A DNA stretch of 41,072 bases from an uncultured Planctomycetaceae bacterium (GCA_964347545.1 CAYFZZ010000251.1:1-41072); one strand, 5' to 3'. Positions 1 through 9,176 are shown, numbered from the stretch's first letter. Notes: a model not told the origin generated them from the sequence alone. Program-made: numbers and translations.

Positions 1-341
1 TTCCGCAGGTAGGGGGCCAGCAGGAGAGCCAGCAGCACATAGCCGCCCGTCCAGCCCATCAGGTAGATCGAACCGTCAAAGCCCAGGAAGCTGATCATCC
101 CGGCCATCCCGATAAACGAAGCGGCACTCATCCAGTCCGCCGCCGTCGCCGCTCCGTTGGCGATCGCCGGCACGCCCCGACCGGCCACGTAAAAACCCTC
201 CGTCTCCCGCACGCGGCTTCGCCAGCCAATGTACAGGTACACCATGAACGTGATCATCACGAACACAAACGTGTACAGTGTCGTCCAGCCAGCATCGGAG
301 GTGGGAGTAAAGCCCAGCAACATCCAGCTCGGTTGTGTCAT
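1..341 (-). CDS. Sodium:solute symporter (SSS family, ActP/VC_2705-like), N-terminal fragment; gene runs off the left edge
   Basis: My own translation of the minus strand from the ATG at 341 gives MTQPSWMLLGFTPTSDAGWTTLYTFVFVMITFMVYLYIGWRSRVRETEGFYVAGRGVPAIANGAATAADWMSAASFIGMAGMISFLGFDGSIYLMGWTGGYVLLALLLAPYLR. It has TM helices and the FYVAGR...AADWMSAASFIG signature of SSS transporters. It shares an ATGA start/stop overlap with the upstream DUF4212-like ORF. It is absent from the ORF track because there is no stop in the window. Confidence 0.85.
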   Translation of the reverse strand, partial: MTQPSWMLLGFTPTSDAGWTTLYTFVFVMITFMVYLYIGWRSRVRETEGFYVAGRGVPAIANGAATAADWMSAASFIGMAGMISFLGFDGSIYLMGWTGGYVLLALLLAPYLR

Positions 342-649
342 TCTTGCACCCCATACCGGCGGTCCAGCCGATCCATCGCGAAGGCGTACACGAAGATCAA
401 AATCACGAAGGTGTAGATGGAACCTTGTTGAGCGAACCAGAAGCCCAGCGGCAGTTTCCCGATGTGGAACTGGTTCAGGTACTCGACCCACAAAATACTG
501 CAGCCGTACGAGACCCCTGCCCAGATCAGCAATAGCACGCCGATCAGCATCAGGTTGTGTCGCCAATACGAGCGATGATCGATATCCCGCTTGCCCGGCG
601 AACCTGGCGGCCGGCTGGCCTCTGGCGTCGATGAAGAATTGTCAGCCAT
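338..649 (-). CDS. DUF4212-type small membrane subunit associated with SSS symporters
   Basis: This lies in track ORF 338..700(-). The likely start is the internal ATG at 649 (MADNSSS...). The protein has two TM helices (NLMLIGVLLLIWAGVSYG, IYTFVILIFVYAFAM) and the LPLGFWFAQQGSI motif typical of the family. Its stop overlaps the symporter ATG (ATGA). Confidence 0.8.
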   Translation of the reverse strand: MADNSSSTPEASRPPGSPGKRDIDHRSYWRHNLMLIGVLLLIWAGVSYGCSILWVEYLNQFHIGKLPLGFWFAQQGSIYTFVILIFVYAFAMDRLDRRYGVQE

Positions 650-876
650 GGTCTGCCCTGTTCCCCCTGAGAAATGATGAAAGCCGTGACGAGAAGGCAT
701 AACAGACCGTAAACAGGCAGCTTTGTCAATGAGCGCCGTCGTGCCTCGTTTGCTCGGCTGACCGCGAAAAAACCGGGCGGGGGCGAGGACCAGCGGTGAT
801 CCGACACAGCGGCTATTGCCCCGCGCACCGCCATCACCAGTGCCGATCCCGCGACCAAGGCGGGTCCCCCAAACCC

Positions 877-2475
877 CTACCGCGGCTTCCCCCTCCGCCC
901 CCCTGGCCGCCGGTCACCGCCAGCCAGAACCACCACCGGCCAGGGACTCTCCTCGGCCAGCCCAGCCGCCTCGGCCTCGCTGGGCACGAACACCAACGCC
1001 GCATCGGCCGGGACCTTGTCCAACGGCAGATCTCCCACGTGCCGCCACTCCTCCTCAGCCGTCCAGTCCATCACTCGTCCCCGACCCCGGGTCTGCCCCG
1101 CTTGAAAAAACGGCCGCTCCTCTTCCGGCAACGCCGACCACAGTTCGGGTTGGCCGTACTGGACAGGCCGCGCTCCGCGCTGGACCAGCCAGTCGCGGCG
1201 GAGGCAGATCCCGTAGGGCTCGCAATCCCACCGCGTGCGATGCGGGCGAAACACCCGCCGGTGAGGTAAGTCCGCCAGCGGCACTGCAGTAAAACAGACG
1301 ACCGCCGCGCCGCCCCGAATGGCACGCGGCGAGGCCCGTAGCCGCCGCGTGTGGATGATCCGCCGCAAGGTGGCCAGCGGTGAACGATCAGCGCGGTCCG
1401 GTTGCACGATCAGTTCCTCCAGGTACTCTTCCTCCCGCTGGTCCGGCCAAGGACCGTCACAGCGACGTGTCCAATGCGTCAGGTACTCCCAGGGCTCGGC
1501 CCCTGACACGCGGCTGATATCCACCACCTTCGCTGGTGCGGACAGCCCAGCGGCGGGTCGCGGCGTCGGCACCCTTTCCTTCGGCGGTTCGGTCGCCGAA
1601 ACTACCCAGCCCACCGCCCCGGCGTCCAACAGTTCCGCGGCACCGCCGCTCGACACCCGCTGGGGGCCCACGGCCACGTAGACCGAGCCCGGTGGCCAGC
1701 GGTTGCTGGTCAGCCGGTGGGACAACAGCCGGTGATGGCGACCGCCCCGGCGGAGATGGAAGACCAAGACGCGGTCGCTGAGCGCCACCAGGGCGCGGTC
1801 GCGGAGGGGCGCCGCGCGCGCCAGTTCGATCTCGGCCGGCGGTTGACCATCCAGGGGGGGCGAGAGGATCATTCGCGGCATGTGGTCGTCGCCGGCAGGC
1901 CCCCGTCGGATCCGTTCCCGCCACTGCCGCCAACCGCGGTGGTCGTCCTCGACCGTGTCGATGCTCAGCAACCGCAGGTCGAACAGCGCCGCCGCCTGCC
2001 GGACCAGGGCCGCGGCGGCCGTGTCGCTGGCGGTCAGCAGCAGATCCCGTCCCCGCTCGACGCGGGCGCAACCGGCTCGCAAGGCCGCCAACCACGCGGG
2101 CTGCTGGTCCAGCTGCCGGCCCAGCCGCGAGCTGGCCAGGCCGATGCGGCGACCGGCGGGCCTGCCGCGGGGCCACCAGGCCAGGCGGATCCCCAGCCAA
2201 CCGCGGGCGGCCGCTTCGTAGGGGCTGTCGTATCCCACCGTCAAGGCCGCCCCCCGACCCTGCTGCTGGGCTAACCACGCGGCCACTTCTTGCTGCCCCA
2301 GATCACCGATCGAGCCCCAGCTCTGCACCAGCAGCGGCAGCAAGTCGCCGCTCGACATCGCCTGCTCCTCCCCGGGCAGTTGCGGAGGTGGGGCCGTCGC
2401 CGGCCAGAGGCCGCCACGGACCAGGGCCCTGGCCAGGGAGCAGCTGAGCGACATGGTAGGCGGGGGAACGGCCAT
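877..2475 (-). CDS. Hypothetical protein, DprA/SLOG-like Rossmann region fused to an AbiGi-like C-terminal domain
   Basis: This is the 3' part of track ORF 877..3588(-). The upstream part of that ORF is antisense to the PAP2 gene, so the start is taken at ATG 2475 (MAVPPPTMSLS); ATG 2454 is an alternative. The N-terminal half has DprA-like strings: TVGYDSPYEAAARGWL, LRDRALVALSDRVLVFHLRRGG and GSVYVAVGP...GAAELLDAGAVGW. The C-terminal 180 aa has the ordered pattern YLTHWT, VVCFTAVPLADL, YGICLRRDWLVQRGARPVQYG and AEEEWRHVGD. Confidence 0.6.
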   Translation of the reverse strand: MAVPPPTMSLSCSLARALVRGGLWPATAPPPQLPGEEQAMSSGDLLPLLVQSWGSIGDLGQQEVAAWLAQQQGRGAALTVGYDSPYEAAARGWLGIRLAWWPRGRPAGRRIGLASSRLGRQLDQQPAWLAALRAGCARVERGRDLLLTASDTAAAALVRQAAALFDLRLLSIDTVEDDHRGWRQWRERIRRGPAGDDHMPRMILSPPLDGQPPAEIELARAAPLRDRALVALSDRVLVFHLRRGGRHHRLLSHRLTSNRWPPGSVYVAVGPQRVSSGGAAELLDAGAVGWVVSATEPPKERVPTPRPAAGLSAPAKVVDISRVSGAEPWEYLTHWTRRCDGPWPDQREEEYLEELIVQPDRADRSPLATLRRIIHTRRLRASPRAIRGGAAVVCFTAVPLADLPHRRVFRPHRTRWDCEPYGICLRRDWLVQRGARPVQYGQPELWSALPEEERPFFQAGQTRGRGRVMDWTAEEEWRHVGDLPLDKVPADAALVFVPSEAEAAGLAEESPWPVVVLAGGDRRPGGRRGKPR

Positions 2476-2610
2476 GGGGACGACGCCATCGGCAGAGCGC
2501 TGGTTCACCACGAAGTTTCCTATTCTAGCGTCGCGGCGGCGAGCGAGCGATGTGGGGGGGATGCAAATCCGCGTTGTCCTTCCGGCAGGGTTCGGCGTAT
2601 AAGAGCTCTC

Positions 2611-3384
2611 ATGCGGCAACCACCCACGACCCCCGCCGCCGGCGGCCCGCCGGCTGGCCCGGCACCCGCCGAACCGGCTCAGCCGGCCTGGTCCTGGTTG
2701 GGCGTCACCCTGTTGTTTGTCATTGCCGGGTGCGTGGCGCTGCCGTTCGACCTGCCGATCGCGCACTGGTTTGTCAGCGGCAAATGCCCTGAGCCCATTC
2801 GGGACATCTTGCATCGCAGCGAATCGTTCGCTCACGGTATCGGCATCGCGGTGATCCTGGTGGCTTTCTACGTGCTGGCAGACACGCGCCGTTGGGCCAT
2901 GCCCCGCTTGTTGTGCATGGTGTTGGGCGGAGGCCTGATCGCCAACGGGGTCAAGCTGCTGGTGAGTCGCACGCGTCCCCATGCCTTTGACTTTTCCGCC
3001 GGCCAGGTGGAAGACTCCTTCCAGGGGTTCTTTCCGCTGTTGCACGGCGGCAGCGCCGCGCAAAGCTTTCCCTCGGCGCACACGGTCGCCACGGTGGCCC
3101 TGGCGGTCGGGCTGACATGGCAGTTCCCTCGCGGCAAATGGCTGTTTGCCGGCATCGCCCTGTTGGCCGCCCTCCAGCGGCTGGACAGCGGCTCGCACTT
3201 CCCCAGCGACGTCTGCTGGGGCGCGGCCCTGGGCTGGTTTCTGTCCGTGGGTATCCTCCGACGGCGGCTGACACCGGCCTGGTTCGACCGTTGGGAAGAG
3301 AGGCTGCGAGCCCGGCCAGGTAGCGTCAGCGCAACCCGTGGCCAGGAACCTCGACTCTCGACTGTCGACAAACGGGCCGCCTGA
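2611..3384 (+). CDS. PAP2-superfamily phosphatase (phosphatidic acid / undecaprenyl-PP phosphatase-like membrane protein)
   Basis: The start is the internal ATG at 2611 of track ORF 2290..3384(+) (MRQPPTT...). The three PAP2 motifs occur in order: KLLVSRTRP, PSAH and SGSHFPSD. There are several TM helices. The gene is divergent from 877..2475. Confidence 0.85.
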   Translation: MRQPPTTPAAGGPPAGPAPAEPAQPAWSWLGVTLLFVIAGCVALPFDLPIAHWFVSGKCPEPIRDILHRSESFAHGIGIAVILVAFYVLADTRRWAMPRLLCMVLGGGLIANGVKLLVSRTRPHAFDFSAGQVEDSFQGFFPLLHGGSAAQSFPSAHTVATVALAVGLTWQFPRGKWLFAGIALLAALQRLDSGSHFPSDVCWGAALGWFLSVGILRRRLTPAWFDRWEERLRARPGSVSATRGQEPRLSTVDKRAA

Positions 3385-3469
3385 CGGCGGGCACGCAAAT
3401 TGCCGAGCGGGCGAGTTGAGGGTAGACTGACGGCGGGCTTTGCGGAACAAGAAGGCAAAAGAGCGCTCG

Positions 3470-4132
3470 ATGCACTGCCTGGTCACCTGGCTGGTGATGG
3501 TCAGCGGCCCTGCGTGCGACGCCGCGGAGACGCCAGCGGAAATGCCTCTGCAAACGCGGACCGCCTGGGTCCGCCAGGTCGGCGACACGCTGCGGCGGCA
3601 AGCGACGGCTGACGACGTCGACCAGCCGCAGGTGATGCTGGACCTGATCGCGCTGTATCACCAACTGTCCGCCGATACCCGTCTCCGCTCGTCCGACCGC
3701 CAGCGCTTGCAGGCCAAGTTGCGCCAGCGACTGTGGCGGGTGTCGCGAGCGTTGAGCCGCGATGTGGAACAGCGCTTGGCCAGGATCAAGACCGTGCGTC
3801 ACGCCGCGGCGGCGGAAGGTCATCCACAGAGGTTGGCCAGCATTCGCGACGACCAGCAGGTGCTGGATCGCTGGCAAGCCGTCTTGGCCCAGGCGGGACC
3901 GCCCGCTGGGGTCGCCGGTCGTGGCGGGGCCGCGGGCGGGCTGCCCGATCACGGTGACCAGCTGGTCGAGCTGATCCAGGCGGTGATTGCTCCAGCCGCG
4001 TGGGACGTCCACGGTGGTCCCATGGCGATCGTTTACTACCGCCACGGCCGCGTCCTGGTGGTCAGTGCCACCAGCGAGATCCACGAACAGGTGGGTGGCC
4101 TAACCGAGGCCATGCGCCGCGTCGGCAACTAG
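3470..4132 (+). CDS. Hypothetical secreted protein
   Basis: This is track ORF 3440..4132(+), taken from ATG 3470. It has an N-terminal signal-like segment (MHCLVTWLVMVSGPACDAAE). The C-terminal block LVELIQAVIAPAAWDVHGGPMAIVYYRHGRVLVVSATSEIHEQV resembles secretin-N/NolW-like modules common in planctomycete hypotheticals. The competing antisense ORF 3326..4084(-) has no such features. Confidence 0.5.
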   Translation: MHCLVTWLVMVSGPACDAAETPAEMPLQTRTAWVRQVGDTLRRQATADDVDQPQVMLDLIALYHQLSADTRLRSSDRQRLQAKLRQRLWRVSRALSRDVEQRLARIKTVRHAAAAEGHPQRLASIRDDQQVLDRWQAVLAQAGPPAGVAGRGGAAGGLPDHGDQLVELIQAVIAPAAWDVHGGPMAIVYYRHGRVLVVSATSEIHEQVGGLTEAMRRVGN

Positions 4133-4292
4133 GGGTCGGTCAGGCCGGCGGCTTGGCCCCGCCCCCGCTCGCCTACGTCGCCCTGGCGCTCGGCCCCACG
4201 GGAACGAACGGGTACACCTGCGGCTGCCGCCGCAGCCCCTCAGCCGGCGCAATTGACGCAAGATGTTGCCAGGTCAACAATAACAGGCCGCT

Positions 4293-4375
4293 GGGGATGT
4301 GGCGGAATTGGCAGACGCGCTAGATTTAGGATCTAGTGGGCATCGCCCGTGGAGGTTCGAGTCCTCTCATCCCCA
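4293..4375 (+). tRNA. tRNA-Leu (anticodon UAG), class II with long variable arm
   Basis: I folded the cloverleaf by hand. The acceptor stem is GGGGATG (4293-4299) paired with CATCCCC (4368-4374), and the discriminator is A4375. The anticodon stem is CTAGA/TCTAG with loop TTTAGGA, placing the anticodon TAG at 4327-4329. The variable arm is GGGC-ATC-GCCC, and the T arm is GGAGG-TTCGAGT-CCTCT. No CCA is encoded. Confidence 0.9.
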
Positions 4376-4804
4376 TTCGCTGTGCCGCACGCCCTCAAGC
4401 TGGTCTGCAAGGCGTGCTGATGGACAAAGATCTCGGAATTGGTGTCCGCTCGCCTGGCGCGATATCATAAGAAGGTGGCCGAAAGTGCGGGTGGGGTTGC
4501 TTGGCCCGTCGACCCGCGATTTCCTGCGGTGGCGTTGGTCTGGGGCGAGCCATCCGCGGTCGCTGGCCCGGCCCGCCGTCAGCGGACTCGTCTTCGAGAG
4601 GGAGAGTGCCATGCTGGGACGCAGCCAAACAGATCGGTACCAACGCGGCCAGACAGCTTGGCAAAAATCGCTCAGCCACAACGCGGTCCTCGTCAGCGGC
4701 GGGGGCGGCCAGAGCGGGGGAACCGCTGGTGCGTTATGCCCGCTCGGCTGGCCCGCTCAGCACGCCGTGGGGGTTGAGTGGGGGCGCGGGGGAGAACGCA
4801 GTCG

Positions 4805-6463
4805 ATGAGCACACCTGCGCATGTGATCTTTAGAAAGATCTGCCTGCACAACAAGCTGGCAGACGAAAAAACGCTCGATCGGCTGCTGCTGGAGTACGCC
4901 AATCCCGAGGATCTGGTCCACCTCTGGATCGAGCAGCAGAAGTTATCGGAGAAGGTCGGGCGACAGCTGCTGGAAATTTACCACAAGAAGCTGGACCAGC
5001 ACTTCGCCACATTGACCGGGATGACCATTGTGGGGAAGATGCCGTCCCCGACGGCGGCCGCCGAGGCGGCGCCGCCTTCGGCCCCGACCGCGGTTGCCAA
5101 ACAGCCGCCACAGGCCCCGGCTGCCAAGCAGCCAACGCCCGCCCCCGCGCCGGCCGTCGGGCAGCCGCCAAGTGCCCCGAAGCCGGCGGCCGCCAAGGCG
5201 GATAAATCCCCGGTGGGGCCGGCCGGCAAGCCTGCCGGCAAGCCCGCTCAGAAACCGGCCGCCGACGCCGGGGATGCCCAGCCGGCCGCCGCCGCCCCCG
5301 CGAAAGAGACCCCAACCACGGCTCAGAAACCGGCCCGACCCAAGGCCGCCGCCCAGGCGGCCCCCGCCGGCCCCGCCACAGGAAAAATCCCCCCCACGAT
5401 GGCCAAGATTTTCCAGGCCGCCCTGCAAAACGGGGCCTCGGATATCCACATCACCTCGGGACATCCGCCGGTGCTGCGGGTGGCGGGCGCGCTGCGCGAG
5501 TTGAGCCTGCCGCCGATGTCGACCGACGAATGCCGTGAGGTGTTGCTGCCCCTGTTGAACGACGAACAGCAACGGCGATTCGACGAAACGCTGGATATGG
5601 ACTTCTGTTACGACGGTGGTGAGAAGTTCGGTCGTTTCCGTACGAATTATTTTGTCGAGAGGGAAGGGATGGATGCCGTTTTCCGCTTGATTTCCGAAAA
5701 AGTGCCGACCATGGAGGAATTGAAACTTCCCGAACAAATTGGGCGGCTCACCGAAGCCAGTACCGGCATCGTGCTGGTCACGGGCCCGAAGAGTTCCGGG
5801 AAAACCACAACCCTGGCGGCCATGATCGATCTGATTAATAACACCCGCCGCGAACATATCCTCACGATCGAGGACCCCATCGAGTTTATTCACACACCCA
5901 AGAAGGCGTACCTGACCCAGCGCGAGGTGGGTACGCATACCCATACCTTTGGAACGGCGTTGACCGGTGCCATGCACGAGGCGCCGGATGTGATCATGGT
6001 GGGCGAGTTGCGCGATCTGGAGACCACGTCGTTGGTGATTACCGCCGCCGAGACCGGATTTCTTGTATTGACTACCCTCCACACGCCGGATGCGATCCGC
6101 ACGATCGGCCGGATCCTGGGAGTGTTTCCCGCACGCGAGCAGGCCCAGATTCGCTCGATGCTGGCCAAGTCCCTCCGCGGGATCGTCTCCCAGCAACTAG
6201 TTCCCAGCCCCGACGGGAAATCGCAGGCCCTGGCGGTCGAAGTCCTGGTCAATACGCCCGCGATCGGAAACCTGATCCGCGAGAACCGCACGTTTCAGCT
6301 GCCCAGCCTGATGCAGGTGGGCGGCCGAGCGGGGATGATGATGATGGACGATTCGCTGATCCGCCTGGCCCGCAACGGAGAAATCTCCAAAGACGAGGCC
6401 CTGGCCCGTGCCGCCGACGATCACAAGGTCCGCGGCGAACTGCAAATTTCTGCCGAGGAATAA
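4805..6463 (+). CDS. pilT: PilT-family type IV pilus retraction ATPase with N-terminal extension and Pro/Ala-rich linker
   Basis: This is track ORF 4778..6463(+), taken from ATG 4805. The C-terminal ~350 aa is a PilT core: ASDIHITSGHPPVLRVAG, Walker A GPKSSGKTTT, Asp box ILTIEDPIEF, Walker B DVIMVGELRD, and TGFLVLTTLHT. The N-terminal ~70 aa is helical, followed by ~130 aa of P/A/K low complexity. Confidence 0.9.
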   Translation: MSTPAHVIFRKICLHNKLADEKTLDRLLLEYANPEDLVHLWIEQQKLSEKVGRQLLEIYHKKLDQHFATLTGMTIVGKMPSPTAAAEAAPPSAPTAVAKQPPQAPAAKQPTPAPAPAVGQPPSAPKPAAAKADKSPVGPAGKPAGKPAQKPAADAGDAQPAAAAPAKETPTTAQKPARPKAAAQAAPAGPATGKIPPTMAKIFQAALQNGASDIHITSGHPPVLRVAGALRELSLPPMSTDECREVLLPLLNDEQQRRFDETLDMDFCYDGGEKFGRFRTNYFVEREGMDAVFRLISEKVPTMEELKLPEQIGRLTEASTGIVLVTGPKSSGKTTTLAAMIDLINNTRREHILTIEDPIEFIHTPKKAYLTQREVGTHTHTFGTALTGAMHEAPDVIMVGELRDLETTSLVITAAETGFLVLTTLHTPDAIRTIGRILGVFPAREQAQIRSMLAKSLRGIVSQQLVPSPDGKSQALAVEVLVNTPAIGNLIRENRTFQLPSLMQVGGRAGMMMMDDSLIRLARNGEISKDEALARAADDHKVRGELQISAEE

Positions 6464-6497
6464 GCCCTCCCCAGCTCGTACCCCGCAAGGTCCCCCG

Positions 6498-7583
6498 ATG
6501 GCCAGAATTGATGCATTGTTGAGCCAGATGCCGACCAGTGGTGCTTCGGATACCTTCTTTGCCGCCGGCCGCAAGCCCGAAGTCAAGAGGTACGGAGAAG
6601 CCCACGAAGTCGAAGATCATCCGGTCCTGGAAAATGATGAACTTCGGGAGATGATGTTCGAGATTATCAACGAGGAACAAAAGGAGCGGTTTCTAGAGCA
6701 CTCCGATCTGGATTTTGCTTACGGGATCGAAAATGTGGGGCGGTTCCGTTGTAATTACTTTGTCCAGCGGACCGGCGTCGGCGCATGCTTCCGGCTGATC
6801 CCCTCGAAACTCATGACGCTGGAAGAACTGAACATGCCGGCGGTCGTGCAGAAATTGTGCGGCTATCGCAGTGGCCTGATTCTGGCCACGGGCCCGCCCG
6901 GCAGCGGCAAGACAACCACCCTGGCCGCCTTGATCAACCATGTCAATCACCATGAACGCCGGCGGATCGTGACGATCGAAGATCCTGTCGAGTTCGTGCA
7001 CGAAAGCGACAAGTCGCTGATCGCGCATCGCGAAGTCGGAATTCATACCCGCTCGTTTCCCAACGCCCTCCGCGGGGTCACCCGGCAGGATGTGGACGTC
7101 GTGATGGTCGGGGAACTGACAGACCACGCCACCGTGGATCTGGCGATGTCCGCCGCGGCGATGGGCGTGTTGGTGTTGAGCACCCTGCCGACGAACAGCG
7201 CGGCCAAGACAATCGACCGGGTGATCGACATGTTTCCAGCCGAACAACAACAGCAGGTTCGCACGATTCTGGCCGAATCCCTGGCTGCCGTGCTGGCCCA
7301 ACAGCTGATCAAACGCAAGGATGGCAACGGGCGGATTGCCGCCGTGGAGGTCTTGCTGGGGAACCAGGCGCTGTCGAATGTGATTCGGGAAGGGAGGATC
7401 GAGCGGGTGTCCAGCGTGTTCCAGTCCGGCCAACGGGAAGGCATGCAGATGATGGACGACTCCCTGCTGGCCCTGGCCCAAAAAGGACTCATCGATGGGG
7501 CCGCCGCCTACATGAAGGCAGACGAAAAAACGCGGTTTCAGAAATTTATCGAAGGCAAGGAACATACGGTGCTCAGCGAATAA
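6498..7583 (+). CDS. PilT/PilU-family type IV pilus ATPase (canonical length)
   Basis: This is track ORF 6408..7583(+), taken from ATG 6498 (MARIDALLSQM). It has ASDTFFAAGRKPEVKRYG, Walker A GPPGSGKTTT, IVTIEDPVEF, DVVMVGELTD and GVLVLSTLPT. It starts 34 nt downstream of the first PilT gene. Confidence 0.9.
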   Translation: MARIDALLSQMPTSGASDTFFAAGRKPEVKRYGEAHEVEDHPVLENDELREMMFEIINEEQKERFLEHSDLDFAYGIENVGRFRCNYFVQRTGVGACFRLIPSKLMTLEELNMPAVVQKLCGYRSGLILATGPPGSGKTTTLAALINHVNHHERRRIVTIEDPVEFVHESDKSLIAHREVGIHTRSFPNALRGVTRQDVDVVMVGELTDHATVDLAMSAAAMGVLVLSTLPTNSAAKTIDRVIDMFPAEQQQQVRTILAESLAAVLAQQLIKRKDGNGRIAAVEVLLGNQALSNVIREGRIERVSSVFQSGQREGMQMMDDSLLALAQKGLIDGAAAYMKADEKTRFQKFIEGKEHTVLSE

Positions 7584-7832
7584 GCCGAGCCCGACGGCCG
7601 ACCGCCCGCCCCCCCCACGCACTCACCAGTCCGCCCCTCGCCCCCCCGGGAAAGAAACGGCGGTTTGATTGAGTCATCAGCCGCAACTCGATACCATGGG
7701 GCACGGATTGTCCCTTTCCAGAGCGGCGTTGCGGGGGACGACGACGCCTCTGGACCCATGCCAGCTGACCCCGCCCCACCCCAGGTGGCCCCAGACCACC
7801 AGCGCGTGGCGGGGCCTCGGGAGTCGACCGCC

Positions 7833-9176
7833 ATGTCCCCGGAAAAGGACTTGCTGGCCCAGGCCCAACAGCCTGCCCAGGCAGCCCTGCGGCTGCACCC
7901 CTTTTATCGCGGGAAGGTGCAGATCGCGCTGAAATGCCCCGTCCGCGATTTCGATGACTTCGCTATTTGGTACACGCCCGGCGTGGCCGCCTCATGTCGC
8001 GCCATCCAAGAAAATCCCGACCTGGCCTACAGCCATACCAACAAGGCAAACACGATTGCAATTGTCTCCGACGCAACTCGCGTCCTCGGCCTGGGGGACA
8101 TCGGACCCGAGGCGGGCCTTCCCGTGATGGAAGGTAAGTCGCTGCTGTTCAAATACCTGGGAGGGGTGGACGCTATCCCCCTCTGCCTCCGCACGAAAGA
8201 TCCCGACGAACTGGTTCGCACGGTTCAAATCCTCGAGCCTTCCCTGGGCGGCGTCAACCTGGAAGATATTGCTCAGCCCAAGTGCTTCGGTGTGCTCGAA
8301 CGGCTCAGAGCCCAGATGCGGATTCCGGTGTGGCATGACGACCAGCAGGGATCCGCCACGGTCCTTTTGGCCGGACTGCAAAATGCCCTCCAGGTGGTCG
8401 ACAAACGGCTGGACAACATTCGGATTGCCATGATCGGAGCGGGTGCGGCCAATGTGGCCACCTACCGCCTGCTGAAGGCCACGGGTGTCAAACCCGAGGG
8501 GATCGTGGCTTGTGACAGCCGGGGAACTCTGCATCGAGGCCGAGATGATATCGAGCGCGAGCAGGCCACCTATGCCGCCAAGTGGCAGATCTGCCAGGAG
8601 ACAAATCCGCAGGGAGTGACCGGCGGGATCGCCCAGGCCCTCCGCGGGGCCGACGTCTGCATCGCCTTTTCCGCACCCGGCCCCGGCCTGATTCGGCCCG
8701 CCTGGATCGAGTCGATGGCCAGCCAGGCGGTGGTCTTCGCCTGCGCCAACCCGATTCCCGAAATCTGGCCCTGGGAGGCCAGGCAGGCCGGCGCATCCAT
8801 CGTGGCGACCGGACGCAGCGACTTCCCCAACCAGGTCAACAATTCGCTCGGATTTCCCGGCATCTTTCGGGGCGTGCTGGATGTCCGAGCGCGGACGATT
8901 ACCGACGAAATGGCCGTGGCGGCGGCCGGCGAGCTGGCACGCGCCGCCGCCGAGGCAGGGTTGAGCGCCACGCGGATTGTGCCCCGCATGGACGAGTGGG
9001 AGGTGGTGCCCCGCGTGGCCGTCGCCACCGCGATGAAGGCCCAAGAACAGGGGTTGGCCGCCCTGGCCGTCTCCCCCGACCAACTCCACCACCAGGCCAC
9101 GACCGTCATCCGCCAGGCTCGAGAAACAACCTCCCTCCTCGTCCGCGAAGGCCTCATCGCCCCCCCGCCCCCTTAA
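7833..9176 (+). CDS. NAD(P)-dependent malic enzyme (short form, no PTA-like domain)
   Basis: This is track ORF 7665..9176(+), taken from ATG 7833. It has YRGKVQIALKCPV, WYTPGVAASCRAI, VSDATRVLGLGDIGPEAGLPVMEGKSLLFKYLGGVDA, GGVNLEDI, the GAGAA dinucleotide-binding loop, and NNSLGFPGIFRG. Confidence 0.9.
   Translation: MSPEKDLLAQAQQPAQAALRLHPFYRGKVQIALKCPVRDFDDFAIWYTPGVAASCRAIQENPDLAYSHTNKANTIAIVSDATRVLGLGDIGPEAGLPVMEGKSLLFKYLGGVDAIPLCLRTKDPDELVRTVQILEPSLGGVNLEDIAQPKCFGVLERLRAQMRIPVWHDDQQGSATVLLAGLQNALQVVDKRLDNIRIAMIGAGAANVATYRLLKATGVKPEGIVACDSRGTLHRGRDDIEREQATYAAKWQICQETNPQGVTGGIAQALRGADVCIAFSAPGPGLIRPAWIESMASQAVVFACANPIPEIWPWEARQAGASIVATGRSDFPNQVNNSLGFPGIFRGVLDVRARTITDEMAVAAAGELARAAAEAGLSATRIVPRMDEWEVVPRVAVATAMKAQEQGLAALAVSPDQLHHQATTVIRQARETTSLLVREGLIAPPPP

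Noticed and set aside
877-3588. A 903-aa ORF on the minus strand, the longest ORF in the window.
   Set aside because: Its 5' third (about 2476-3588) runs antisense to a PAP2 gene that has all three catalytic motifs, and it reads as Arg/Gly/Pro-rich low-information sequence typical of GC-rich antisense frames. Only the 877-2475 portion looks protein-like.
4299-4808. A 169-aa ORF and several overlapping ORFs between tRNA-Leu and pilT.
   Set aside because: The ORF begins inside the tRNA gene. The sequence is Arg/Trp/Ser-rich with no motifs, and every frame on both strands is open here, as expected for GC-rich non-coding DNA.
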